IMG/VR virus record: IMGVR_UViG_3300029319_000040
Location: 1-60,885 of that record
Origin: a virus
Taxonomy: Duplodnaviria > Caudoviricetes
Reading direction: 5' to 3' (one strand)
DNA: 60,885 nucleotides
Part shown: positions 1-9,170 of the stretch, piece after piece
How positions within the stretch are numbered: the stretch's first letter is position 1
Layout of the letters: each line of letters starts with the position of its first letter
Notes under the pieces: model-generated
What the model saw: the letters and a program-made list of their open reading frames with translations, nothing else
Databases searched by the model: none
What the model was told of the DNA's origin: nothing
Translations under genes and position numbers: made by a program

Positions 1-98
1 GACTGGTCGGCATTTTTTTTGTACTAAGAAAGTACAAAAAATATGGGATTACGTCTGCGTTTTTGTACTTTTTAAAAATCACCTTGACAAGTGTGGGA
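1..98. repeat. Terminal direct repeat / circular-assembly overlap (copy 1)
   Basis: 1-98 is identical to 60787-60884; the final base 60885 differs. Suggests a complete circular or terminally redundant genome. Confidence 0.95.
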
Positions 99-337
99 CA
101 TTTTGCATTCGATTTTATTTTTTTCAAAAAATCGTTAGACTGCTCGCCATTTTTTTTGTACTTTGGAAAAAATAACACCTGTATGCGAGCCATTTTCCGG
201 CGAACCCGACCTCCGACCTAATCGCATTACAAGTATATAATACTTTTCTGTCAGCGCATCTTAAACGCTTATATACTATAACTCCAGAAAAAAATAACTA
301 GGGGCAAAAAATTATCGCGTCCGACCCCTAAGTATAT

Positions 338-413
338 TGGGCTGGGGGTATATAATACTTCCGAATGGCCCCCCCGTACCCCATACCAGATGGGCTGGGG
401 GTATATAATACTT
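338..413 (-). promoter_or_regulatory. Exact 23-bp direct repeat with BRE/TATA-like core (338-360, 391-413)
   Basis: TGGGCTGGGGGTATATAATACTT twice; core GTATATAATACTT also at 233-245; reads AAGTATTATATAC on - strand. Confidence 0.6.
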
Positions 414-420
414 TTGGGCC

Positions 421-600
421 GTTTTGTTATTTTTTTGTACTTTTTTTGTACTTTTTATATACTTTTTTGTCTTTTTTTCTTTTTTTGTATTTTCTTTTTT
501 TGTTATTTTTTTGTCTTTTTTTATTTTTTTGTCCAGTGTTTTTTTTGTACAGTATTTTTTGTCCATATAATTTTTTGTCCAAACAAAAAATTAAAAAAAA
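421..600. repeat. Low-complexity T-tract array (T5-8 + GTAC/GTCC/GTCT)
   Basis: Runs of T recurring about every 10-11 bp; non-coding. Confidence 0.8.
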
Positions 601-606
601 GGGAGG

Positions 607-771
607 TTAGTCCTCACCCCCTTCTCCCATACATCTATTGCAGTGGCATTCAGTTCCATGATAATAGTCTGTCGCTTTATCATAGCAAGGTTCGCATCTC
701 CATGAACCGTACACATAATAGTTTTTGGTCTTCTTTCTGCCGCAGTTACTACAAATAGGAGCATTCTTCAT
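607..771 (-). CDS. Cys-rich (Zn-finger-like) microprotein, 54 aa, not in ORF track
   Basis: Read by hand: MKNAPICSNCGRKKTKNYYVYGSWRCEPCYDKATDYYHGTECHCNRCMGEGGED*; starts right after the stop of 772-969. Confidence 0.75.
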   Translation of the reverse strand: MKNAPICSNCGRKKTKNYYVYGSWRCEPCYDKATDYYHGTECHCNRCMGEGGED

Positions 772-969
772 TTACTCAATCACCTCTATCCATCCAAACT
801 CCATGTATAAGTCGCCGTTTTCATCTTCCATTTCTAGTTCAATCCTTTTGAAAAATCTGCCTGTAAATCTACAAGTCCACATTTGAAAGTCACCTACCGC
901 ACCGCGCTCGCACCTATCGCACTCGCACCCGTAAGGAATAACTTGAAGGTCAAAAGTTTCATCAGCCAT
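772..969 (-). CDS. Hypothetical small Cys-containing protein
   Basis: GGAGGTGA RBS upstream; CECDRC motif; tightly coupled to neighbours. Confidence 0.75.
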   Translation of the reverse strand: MADETFDLQVIPYGCECDRCERGAVGDFQMWTCRFTGRFFKRIELEMEDENGDLYMEFGWIEVIE

Positions 970-1440
970 TTATTCATCACCTCCGTCGGGTTGTACGGGG
1001 ATGACCTCATCGTTGATTAGGTCATATATTGCATACTGGTCAAATCTTACAGCAACTTCAAACGCATCATCAATATAATGAAGGACTTCAGTGGCATCAA
1101 GCACCAAATCATCACCATCTACCCACGCACCAAAATAAGCGGAAGGACTTTGATATTGAACCCATTGACAAAAGTTTTCAATAATCAAATGAAGTAAATG
1201 GTCATCACATAGTAGATAGTTAGATATTCTCAAATCATCGCCTAGATGTATGGCAACGGCGAAAGCCTGTCTATGTGTTGAAAAATCTTTATTGATAAAC
1301 ATAAATGTATCAGGATTAAACGGGTAGTAATCGATTTTATTATGCAATATCCCAAAAGTACACCCTCCGTTACTCTTGATATGCTCAAGAGCGAGGGGAG
1401 CAGTCAAAATTCGTTCATTGGGGTTGAATGTTTCCTCCAT
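970..1440 (-). CDS. Hypothetical protein
   Basis: 156-aa ORF with upstream AAAAGGTATATAAG promoter-like box (~1462-1475). Confidence 0.8.
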   Translation of the reverse strand: MEETFNPNERILTAPLALEHIKSNGGCTFGILHNKIDYYPFNPDTFMFINKDFSTHRQAFAVAIHLGDDLRISNYLLCDDHLLHLIIENFCQWVQYQSPSAYFGAWVDGDDLVLDATEVLHYIDDAFEVAVRFDQYAIYDLINDEVIPVQPDGGDE

Positions 1441-1499
1441 GATTTACCCTAGGCGCGACGGCTTATATACCTTTTCATGATGAAAATGTTTATATGCTA

Positions 1500-1687
1500 T
1501 CGTTTTTTAGATGGTATCATGTAAGTTTTTTATGTCCGTTTTTTGTCTTTTTTTTGTACATTTTTTGTATGTTTTTTATACTTTTTTTGTCTGTGTTTTA
1601 TTTTTTTTTGTCCAATATTTTTTGTCTTTTTTTGTCCATATAATACACTGTAATATTTTTTGTCCATTAAAAAAAATGCAAAAAAAA
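1500..1687. repeat. Second T-tract array, diverged copy of 421-600
   Basis: Same T-run/GTAC/GTCC units; shares TTTTTTGTCCATATAAT and ends in an A-run before a GC-rich segment. Confidence 0.75.
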
Positions 1688-1708
1688 TATGGGGGCCGAA
1701 GCCCCCAT
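1680..1708 (-). terminator. Hairpin + U-tract terminator
   Basis: - strand ATGGGGGC-TTCG-GCCCCCAT followed by ATTTTTTTT; perfect 8-bp stem with cUUCGg tetraloop. Confidence 0.7.
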
Positions 1709-1802
1709 GCGCCCGAAGACGACTTTGGCTCTCATTTTGATTCGCGGGTTTCAACTTCTTACTATCCTCCTATTTTGGTCATTCATTCAATACCCTTATT
1801 CC

Positions 1803-2132
1803 TTATGCTAAGTACATATTCATGTCGTCAGAAGTAAGAGTTTTGATTTCTTCACCCCACCATACCTTACGGGCTACCATGTTAAGAGCCACAGGATTTT
1901 GAAGTATTATTGAAAAAGCATTTGCAGCACTTCCTAGAGAGCCAATTGCTCCAGTTGTTACACCTGCTAATATCAACGCCTCCATCAACTTCTGTGCTGC
2001 TCTTACGCTGCCTGATGGGTAAGGTTCGTCTAGCAATTTAACGGCTGTTTCAACTGCTTCATTTAATTCTGAAACATTCTTAGCGTTCATCTGCCAATCC
2101 CTTCTTACGATTTTATCATTTGAGTTAGTCAT
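1803..2132 (-). CDS. Hypothetical protein
   Basis: 109-aa ORF, GGAGGTGA RBS, coupled to upstream gene. Confidence 0.8.
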   Translation of the reverse strand: MTNSNDKIVRRDWQMNAKNVSELNEAVETAVKLLDEPYPSGSVRAAQKLMEALILAGVTTGAIGSLGSAANAFSIILQNPVALNMVARKVWWGEEIKTLTSDDMNMYLA

Positions 2133-2584
2133 TATTCATCACCTCCTTGGTCCGGCGACTCCGGCTCATCGGTTTGATATTTCAAAGGTAAATCACATTC
2201 TGAACAGTATTTGTAAGTATAACCATCATCGGCCATTTCTTCATAAGAATCAAGGCATTCATCACAGTTGCATTCATCTCGATACATACTCCATTTCAAA
2301 CGTGCATACTCATCAAGAAGAGAATCAATATCATGGGTTTCCTCATAGTAAATATCTATGTGATAAACACATGGCTCATATTCACCCATATTCTCAACAC
2401 ATAGTCTAATATTACCACCTAAAGGCCACACTCGTTCATATTGTTCGGTTGACTCATTCAAAATATCTTGAACTACATCGTGTTGAATCTCAGGATTTCC
2501 CCACATACTAACCGAAATAATCTCATGACCCTCAAAGTTATGGGAAAGGAAATGAAGGGCCGAAGCCCCGTCATACTTCTCCAT
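2132..2584 (-). CDS. Acidic hypothetical protein with C-terminal Cys motifs
   Basis: CNCDEC and CSEC motifs; RBS present. Confidence 0.8.
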   Translation of the reverse strand: MEKYDGASALHFLSHNFEGHEIISVSMWGNPEIQHDVVQDILNESTEQYERVWPLGGNIRLCVENMGEYEPCVYHIDIYYEETHDIDSLLDEYARLKWSMYRDECNCDECLDSYEEMADDGYTYKYCSECDLPLKYQTDEPESPDQGGDE

Positions 2585-3523
2585 TTATTGCTCACCCCCT
2601 TGACTTCGATAGTTGAAGTAATCGCGGGTAACGAATACCTTGACAGGAGTGCAATAGATACCGCTCTCATTGAAGTTCTTGCCAATGTACTGCTCAACCT
2701 TAGCACCTTCAATGAAGAAGGTCATCTGCTTGCAGTCGGTCCACTGAGTGCCTCTATATGCTTGACCTGCCTTAGTGCGTTGCTTCCCCTTTTGGAACTC
2801 AACACGGCCAATAGAAAAGTAAGGGCGACCGTAACCGTCTAGGGCTAGAATGATGTGCTGGGCGTGTCGGGTGTGGTTTCTTGTAGATTCACGAAGTACG
2901 ACTTCATGAACACCCTCATCAAGCATTGAGCCACATGAACGGCATATGATTGAATTCAATGGAAATGTAGTACCACAAGAGCATAAGAAACGCTCTGAAT
3001 AGTGAAGCCCTTTGTCTAGGTTGGAAGTATGAACACCACTTCGACCACGTTGGTTCATGTCACTCATACCGCTAACCCTGTAAGGTGCTTCCCTAACTAC
3101 TCGGTTCTTATTGTCATCACCATGAGCCACAACACCAAAAGCGGAAGGATGCAACTCATTGAATTTCTGTGAACCCTTGATAGTATCTGAATCAATTACT
3201 GTGACACTAATGTCATTCAACTTGTTAATAACTGTCTTGATTCGCTGTCGTGGGCTGTAATCAATAACCCGACTTCTAGCAACTTGGCGAAGTGTCAAGA
3301 ACTCGGTTTTTTCGGTAACTTCTCCAAGAGTCTCAAGAATAGTCTCTCCAAGGACTTGAAGGTTTGAGTTAGGGGTGACCTCGTTCAACCCTGTGGCATT
3401 CGTTATCATATTCACTAATACGTTTTTACCTCGCATGATGTACCATTTTCTTATGTAGTATATAACTATTTCCTGCCAAAAATCTGAAAGTCGCCACCTG
3501 TACATATGCTTAGTGCCACTCAA
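2585..3523 (-). CDS. Hypothetical protein with Zn ribbon (true start probably ATG near 3409-3436)
   Basis: CSCG...CRSCG; TATA-like box at ~3457-3466 lies inside the annotated 5' end. Confidence 0.75.
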   Translation of the reverse strand: MSGTKHMYRWRLSDFWQEIVIYYIRKWYIMRGKNVLVNMITNATGLNEVTPNSNLQVLGETILETLGEVTEKTEFLTLRQVARSRVIDYSPRQRIKTVINKLNDISVTVIDSDTIKGSQKFNELHPSAFGVVAHGDDNKNRVVREAPYRVSGMSDMNQRGRSGVHTSNLDKGLHYSERFLCSCGTTFPLNSIICRSCGSMLDEGVHEVVLRESTRNHTRHAQHIILALDGYGRPYFSIGRVEFQKGKQRTKAGQAYRGTQWTDCKQMTFFIEGAKVEQYIGKNFNESGIYCTPVKVFVTRDYFNYRSQGGEQ

Positions 3524-3554
3524 AATTTTTTACAAAATTTTTGAAACCAAGTAT

Positions 3555-5063
3555 TTATACTCTACGTCGTCTTGTAACTCCGCCTATACCAGAACTACCG
3601 CGTCTTGGCAACGTATTTTTCTTGCTACCGCCTATCCACTCGCCGCCGGATAGAGAACCCATCGCAACGGCTATGTTACCTGTTGGAATCTGTAACTGGT
3701 CTACTGCGTGTGCAAATGCCATCGCCGCGTCGTTGTGCTTGCCCAAGTCTACAATGTTGCCCTCGCGCCACGCATGACTCTCTAATTCTTGAAGCAAAAT
3801 ATTTACTATACGTCTTGTTTCGTCATCACCATAAGGAAACATTATTTTTTCACGCTCAAACCAAACTCGCAGTCTATTCATCAGACCTTGCTTCAACACG
3901 CGATTACTAACGCGACTTTTGCGATAATCTATCGTAGCACCTTTTTGTGCCAGCAAACTTTCGTACAACTGCTGAAAACCCACATCTTCTGCTGCTAACG
4001 GTGCATTACCATATCTTTTTACCATGTCAATCAAAACATCAGCCTGTTTATCTGGTGGGAAGTCATTACGTCGCCACATATTTACAAAATGTACAAAGCC
4101 CTCGGAGTCTTGACGTACCACCACAATTACCGAATAGTCACGACCCAAACCATGTGCGGGGTCAAAACCAATAACATAACGAGAGTTGTGTATTTTTTCT
4201 GCCTCAAGCAAACCGTTCATGTTTAAGTTCTTACGAATAAGCATACGTGGGTACACGGCTGCTTCGTCATCTACAACTCTACACAGATACTCTTGTACAA
4301 AAGATAACTCGCCCATAGCCTGTTTTTGTTCTAATAAAAACTCAATAGGTCTATATTCAGGCCACAACTCTTGTGCTGGATTATTTTCTGCATCTTCTTT
4401 CCACTCATCCCAATTTTTGATAGCAGACCATGTACCAGATTTCCATGCGTCATTTTCTAACATCTCAGTATGATAAAGGTCATTCATGCTCATAGGAGTA
4501 CCAACCACATAAATGCTAGTACCGGGACTCAACATCGGCGTAATTTTTTTACGAAACCAGTCACGGGTAACACCGGGGTTCAAATCACCCATGTCATCTA
4601 GTACGTCATCGAATGCGACTGCCGCAGGGTGTTCACCACGAATAGCAGAGCCTACGCTAGTAGCACGAATCCATGCGCCGTTAGTAAAGCGTAGTTCTAA
4701 CTTGTTACCTCTACGTGGGTCAAGATACCTACTAAGTTCGGGATGCCTCTTCATATCTTCTCGTATTTCTTCAAGACGACGTATAGCCAAATCTTTACTA
4801 GCAGAAAATAACCAAATAGTAAAAGGTTTTTCACGCCATCTTTCAAATAAACATTGGTGTAGTAACTTTACTCTAAGAGTTGTAGATTTACTATGGTCCC
4901 TTGGCGCAATAATGCAAACCCGGTGAACTTGCGCTCCTTCTCTTTTACTGTACATATCCATCCATTCTCCAATGTGGTCGCCCCATGTGTAGCCCAACCA
5001 CTTGTAAAAATACTCAATACTACTTTTACTGCGAGCCATAGCAAAAGCGGAGTTATTAGACAT
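3555..5063 (-). CDS. terL: Terminase large subunit
   Basis: Walker A APRDHSKST, Walker B AVAFDD, motif III VVGTP, RNase H-like IGFDPA..DYS and HNDAAMA. Start moved from 5111 to ATG 5063 (AGGTG RBS; upstream part overlaps a microprotein). Confidence 0.93.
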   Translation of the reverse strand: MSNNSAFAMARSKSSIEYFYKWLGYTWGDHIGEWMDMYSKREGAQVHRVCIIAPRDHSKSTTLRVKLLHQCLFERWREKPFTIWLFSASKDLAIRRLEEIREDMKRHPELSRYLDPRRGNKLELRFTNGAWIRATSVGSAIRGEHPAAVAFDDVLDDMGDLNPGVTRDWFRKKITPMLSPGTSIYVVGTPMSMNDLYHTEMLENDAWKSGTWSAIKNWDEWKEDAENNPAQELWPEYRPIEFLLEQKQAMGELSFVQEYLCRVVDDEAAVYPRMLIRKNLNMNGLLEAEKIHNSRYVIGFDPAHGLGRDYSVIVVVRQDSEGFVHFVNMWRRNDFPPDKQADVLIDMVKRYGNAPLAAEDVGFQQLYESLLAQKGATIDYRKSRVSNRVLKQGLMNRLRVWFEREKIMFPYGDDETRRIVNILLQELESHAWREGNIVDLGKHNDAAMAFAHAVDQLQIPTGNIAVAMGSLSGGEWIGGSKKNTLPRRGSSGIGGVTRRRRV

Positions 5064-5071
5064 AAAAGCAC

Positions 5072-5191
5072 CTATCTTGGCCCAAGAGCCTTTTCGCCAC
5101 AATAAGGACATATTCGTTTTAATGCTTTGGCGCGTATCATTCTATCTGCTGCCCAACCACAAGAGCGACATACAACTGCTTCCCATTCCAT
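5072..5191 (-). CDS. Zn-ribbon microprotein, 39 aa, not in ORF track
   Basis: MEWEAVVCRSCGWAADRMIRAKALKRICPYCGEKALGPR*; two CxxC. Confidence 0.75.
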   Translation of the reverse strand: MEWEAVVCRSCGWAADRMIRAKALKRICPYCGEKALGPR

Positions 5192-5325
5192 CAGTATCTT
5201 CTCCCTAGTTGAAATCTAACACAATCTTTGACACATTCAAAGCAAACAACCTTTTCATCAATCCACATTACTTCACGAAAGTAAATACTACATAAAGAAC
5301 ATTGAAATTGTTGAAAATCATTCAT
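5191..5325 (-). CDS. Zn-finger microprotein, 44 aa, not in ORF track
   Basis: MNDFQQFQCSLCSIYFREVMWIDEKVVCFECVKDCVRFQLGRRY*; TGATG coupling. Confidence 0.7.
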   Translation of the reverse strand: MNDFQQFQCSLCSIYFREVMWIDEKVVCFECVKDCVRFQLGRRY

Positions 5326-5455
5326 TTCGTACCACCCTCATATATCCACAGTATATTCTTTTACCTTCTTTGTAAACTATACATTTAGTATCGCAAAGCA
5401 CCTTTTCTTTGCCGCAACTATTACATCGGCGTAATTTAGGACTTTTACTCTTCAT
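5318..5455 (-). CDS. Cys-rich microprotein, 45 aa, not in ORF track
   Basis: MKSKSPKLRRCNSCGKEKVLCDTKCIVYKEGKRIYCGYMRVVRNE*; overlaps neighbours in coupled fashion. Confidence 0.7.
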   Translation of the reverse strand: MKSKSPKLRRCNSCGKEKVLCDTKCIVYKEGKRIYCGYMRVVRNE

Positions 5456-6932
5456 TTTCCATCACCGGAGCATACAAACTCCCAACTAATCCTTGTTCGC
5501 AATCAATAATGTGAGCGCACAGACCGGGACGAGAACGATAGCCGTGTCGTGCATGATACCTGTCTGTACCTGCTAGACTTGGCAACTGTACTACAAACGC
5601 ACCATTACTTTCAGTCAAAGACCTATGATGTAGATGTCCGTGAAACCATACGTGGTTTTCACAAAGACCCCACTCTTTACGTTGCTCTTGCGCCATCAAA
5701 CTAGGAAGTCTATCCGGCTTGATAGAATCACCATGAGTAAAGCCCAACAGATTTTCCTTCCAAACAATATACTGGCGTGTGTTGGCGTTGATAACTACAT
5801 CCACATCTTCTGCATTTTCATATACCGCGCTAAGATACATCATAAGTGCTAGACTGCTCATACGGTCATGGTTGCCCGGCATAAAGACTACTTGTATAGG
5901 AGCAACTGCTCTTAGCATCTCAATATGCTCACGGGCCATTTCGCAACCACTCATCATGATTTGACCCGGACTACCAGCAACGTCTTGCGGTGTACCCTTT
6001 GTTGTTGTAGCAAAGTCAGTGTCAATGTGAAACCAATCGCTACCTGTCGGAACAATAATCTTTTCAGGTTGACCCGGCAACCTACCAATTAGATTTTGTG
6101 TTTTAGAAATCAAGCGACTGCGAGCAACACCAAAGTCATATGCTTCTCCTGTCTCATCTTCCCAACCATATTTACCCCAATGAAAATCAGTAGGGGATAT
6201 AACCGCTACATATTCACTGATAGGAGTTTCTAACTTGATTGGTTTGTACCTAGCAGAAAAATCTACATCTGCCAAAAGACTACGGAACTCATTTAACAAG
6301 TAGTAGTCTAATTCGTTGAATGCCTCTGCATCTTTTTTCATTTGACGCATCATCTTCGCTTCTGCCTTTTTCATAAAACCCATACGCTGTTTTTCAATAA
6401 TGTCATCTATCATATCATCTACATTACGAGTAAGCATATCTTCGTCAGTGTATGGGTCCATTTCATGCTTCCACTTATGCACCTTTACGTATTCAGAAAT
6501 CCACTGTCGAGGAAATCCAAACTTTAGAGCCATTTGACTGATTGTGTAACCTTTTCCTGTAAAATCACTGTAAGCATTTTTCATCATACGGTGTGTGTCG
6601 CCATCGACTACTACCATACTACCTGTCATTTTCAATGACGTAATGTATCTATCATTGTGTTTATCGTAGTAATAATCTTCGCCACTTAGCCATCCATCTT
6701 CTTCGTCAGCAAATTCAGCAGGTTTTGGTAAAGACTCAAGATTATTTGTTTTCATGTATCTATTTATGTTCATTCTCCAAGCGGCTTCGTTACCTTGTTT
6801 TTCATCAACCTTAGACAAAAATCTAGCAAACTCAGCAATATTGTGCCAACCGTTGTTTATGTATTTTTGAATTAGTTCAGCAATATAAACTGCGCGTACC
6901 TTGACGCCCGTTTTACCTGTCATAAAACACAA
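5445..6932 (-). CDS. Calcineurin-like metallophosphoesterase with N-terminal helical/HTH-like region
   Basis: DFH, GSD, GNHD, THGD, GHLH motifs in canonical order. Confidence 0.88.
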   Translation of the reverse strand: MCFMTGKTGVKVRAVYIAELIQKYINNGWHNIAEFARFLSKVDEKQGNEAAWRMNINRYMKTNNLESLPKPAEFADEEDGWLSGEDYYYDKHNDRYITSLKMTGSMVVVDGDTHRMMKNAYSDFTGKGYTISQMALKFGFPRQWISEYVKVHKWKHEMDPYTDEDMLTRNVDDMIDDIIEKQRMGFMKKAEAKMMRQMKKDAEAFNELDYYLLNEFRSLLADVDFSARYKPIKLETPISEYVAVISPTDFHWGKYGWEDETGEAYDFGVARSRLISKTQNLIGRLPGQPEKIIVPTGSDWFHIDTDFATTTKGTPQDVAGSPGQIMMSGCEMAREHIEMLRAVAPIQVVFMPGNHDRMSSLALMMYLSAVYENAEDVDVVINANTRQYIVWKENLLGFTHGDSIKPDRLPSLMAQEQRKEWGLCENHVWFHGHLHHRSLTESNGAFVVQLPSLAGTDRYHARHGYRSRPGLCAHIIDCEQGLVGSLYAPVMENEE

Positions 6933-6997
6933 TGAGTTATGTTACTTAATAAAGGGATGGGGTCAGTCTATTGTTTTTATAGTTTTTGTAACCCACT

Positions 6998-7147
6998 GAA
7001 AGAAATAACAAATAGACGTAAAGCCTAAATACACAATTCTTTTTTTTCTTCTTTAATGTCTTTAGGGTTCTTCCTAATTTTCTTAAACATCTTTGAAACA
7101 AAAAAACAATTAAAAAAACCAGCAGACGTAAAGGCATTAATTTTTTC
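6998..7147. repeat. ~150-bp imperfect palindrome A (inverted copy of 49992-50142)
   Basis: Inner arms 7035-7065 and 7081-7111 match the reverse complement of 50076-50106 (27/31) and 50029-50059 (28/31). Confidence 0.85.
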
Positions 7148-7215
7148 AGAAGAAAATTGAAAGAATAAAAACAATTCATGCAAACCTTGATTGGAAACTT
7201 AAATAATTACTAAAT

Positions 7216-7482
7216 ATGAAAATAAATGCTTTAGACCTACCGGCATTGTGGTCTGCTCTCAAAGGCAAAGAAGATTTTCAAATGTGTTACGATGAAGCAC
7301 AAACCGCTTGTTTAGATGTACCCGGCTACGTCAACAGTAGTATAGTTCTTATTGCTATTTTTGCCGAAGCACTGTTCTTTATTTTTTTGTTTATATCTAC
7401 GCGGGTAATGTTAAAACATCGTAAAAAGACTCGTAAGGACAATGGAGCCAAGCGAGGGCAGGGCCATAATAGAGAGGCTTGA
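7216..7482 (+). CDS. Small membrane protein
   Basis: One long hydrophobic helix followed by a basic tail. Confidence 0.6.
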   Translation: MKINALDLPALWSALKGKEDFQMCYDEAQTACLDVPGYVNSSIVLIAIFAEALFFIFLFISTRVMLKHRKKTRKDNGAKRGQGHNREA

Positions 7483-7735
7483 CAGCCTCCGAACTAGAAT
7501 GGACCGACAGGATGGAAGAATAGGTGAAATCGTTGGCTACATACGTCAGCCGTATGAAAATACTAGCCGTTTGATGTCGTTAGAAAGCAAAGTAGACGAG
7601 ATACAAAAGGACATACAAGAAATAAAGGCGGGTCCGGTGTACTCACTAGACCGAGCAATAAACAAAAAAATCGCAAAAAGTGGCGGAATTCTTATGATTT
7701 TGCTAATTTTAGCCCAAAGTTTAGCGATGATTTAA
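7442..7735 (+). CDS. Coiled-coil protein with C-terminal membrane anchor
   Basis: Heptad-like core, GGILMILLILAQSLAMI terminus. Confidence 0.75.
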   Translation: MEPSEGRAIIERLDSLRTRMDRQDGRIGEIVGYIRQPYENTSRLMSLESKVDEIQKDIQEIKAGPVYSLDRAINKKIAKSGGILMILLILAQSLAMI

Positions 7736-7760
7736 TAATCAGCGAAAATAGTCGCTTGTT

Positions 7761-9170
7761 ATGGTAGAGCGTAAGCCCCGTCGTTTTCCTTGGTTCACAA
7801 GAGAGGTAACGGCGGAAGAAGAAGAAGATGAGCCACAAGAACGTATTGCTACTAATACTCCACTTAGAGTAGCAGCAGGTATTCCCGATATTATGCGGGA
7901 CACCGAGGTTTTACAAAAAGACAGTAACTTTGACAATGAGTTTGACTTGTACGACAAAATGATTAAATTAGACCCCGAACTCAACGGAGCAGTCCGGGCC
8001 GTAAGCCTGACTGCTAACAATTATGAGATAGATTATTCGCGTGGTAAAAACGGCACAATAAGAAATGCTATCGAAGAACTTGTGCATAAAATTGATTTTG
8101 ATGATTTTCTTATCAACGCTATGCGTTCACTTATGGTATATGGTAACGACATCAACAAATTAGTTGGTAAAGCGGGTACAGGTATTACAGATGTTCAAAG
8201 TCTTCCAGTAAAGCAGATTACTATTGTAGACGAGCGTGGCGGTCTTGAGTCATACTTTGTAGCCACCGAAGACTCTCCAATCATTCGTGCTGTGACATAT
8301 ATGTTACGAGAGGCTACCCTTTACGAGCAAGAGTTCCCTGCCGATGAAATACTACACATTCGTATCGACTATCGCTCTAACTGGTTTACAGATAACAAAG
8401 GTCGTCGAACTTACGGTGTATGGGGCGCATCCAGATTTACGTCTTTGAAGCAACCTATTCGTGCAAAGTATAACACTATCAACAATCGTGTATCTTTGGA
8501 AGATGCGATGACCAAACAATTCATTACAATAGACAAATCTGCTATTGAACACATACAAGACCCACTTGAACAAAAAGAAAGATTACAACACATAATCGAC
8601 GAAGTTATCAAACTTTTCGATGGACTGCGAGGCGACCAGATACCAGTGCTTCCTCACTATGTACAATTACATCATGTAGATTTACAAAACACCATACCGT
8701 CTTCCGCAGACTTCCTAGACACTATCAATGCTGACATCGCAGCAGTTTTACAAGTCCCAAGAGTAGCGGCAGGTCAAGAACGCGGCTCAACCTTTGCTGC
8801 GACCTATAATGCTAACTTGTGGGCTGTACAAGCAATTAGCCGTCTTCAAAAGATTCTTGGCGAAGCAGTACACAAATTGTTTTCTATGCACCTTGATTTA
8901 CTAGGCATCAGTCATAGTATGGGCGATATACCACCAATTAGGTTTGAGGCTATGAATGAAGAGTCACCTCTTGCTATGATGCAAAGAGCGGTGCTTGGTT
9001 ACAATGCTGGTATCATTACACTAAATCAAGCACTAGATATGATTAACTTACCATTGGCTGACAGAGAAGGTGAACAAAGAAAGAAATCTTCAAACAACAG
9101 TCGTGGCATAGGTGACTTGCCTAGAGAGGATTCTCAACCGGGCGCGTCGGATTTGATGAACAATGAGTAA
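7761..9170 (+). CDS. Portal protein
   Basis: 469 aa, first large gene of head module; portal-like segments (LMVYGN, ADEILHIR, GASRF, GIITLNQA). Confidence 0.85.
   Translation: MVERKPRRFPWFTREVTAEEEEDEPQERIATNTPLRVAAGIPDIMRDTEVLQKDSNFDNEFDLYDKMIKLDPELNGAVRAVSLTANNYEIDYSRGKNGTIRNAIEELVHKIDFDDFLINAMRSLMVYGNDINKLVGKAGTGITDVQSLPVKQITIVDERGGLESYFVATEDSPIIRAVTYMLREATLYEQEFPADEILHIRIDYRSNWFTDNKGRRTYGVWGASRFTSLKQPIRAKYNTINNRVSLEDAMTKQFITIDKSAIEHIQDPLEQKERLQHIIDEVIKLFDGLRGDQIPVLPHYVQLHHVDLQNTIPSSADFLDTINADIAAVLQVPRVAAGQERGSTFAATYNANLWAVQAISRLQKILGEAVHKLFSMHLDLLGISHSMGDIPPIRFEAMNEESPLAMMQRAVLGYNAGIITLNQALDMINLPLADREGEQRKKSSNNSRGIGDLPREDSQPGASDLMNNE

Noticed and set aside
1-98. 98-bp repeat as the biological terminal repeat
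   Set aside because: Length is consistent with an assembler k-mer overlap; true ends cannot be fixed without reads.
312-758. ORFs 312-566, 365-610, 390-758 (poly-K or poly-F)
   Set aside because: Translations of the T-tract array; no RBS; 390-758 overlaps the more credible 607-771 gene.
1511-1837. ORFs 1511-1837 and 1530-1754
   Set aside because: Low-complexity read-through of the second T-tract array and across the terminator hairpin.
968-2600. Recurrent C-terminal GGDE/GGEQ/EEE as a protein signal
   Set aside because: Explained by the next gene's GGAGGTGA RBS overlapping the last codons.
6946-7179. 77-aa - strand ORF
   Set aside because: Spans palindrome A; composition reflects A/T runs.
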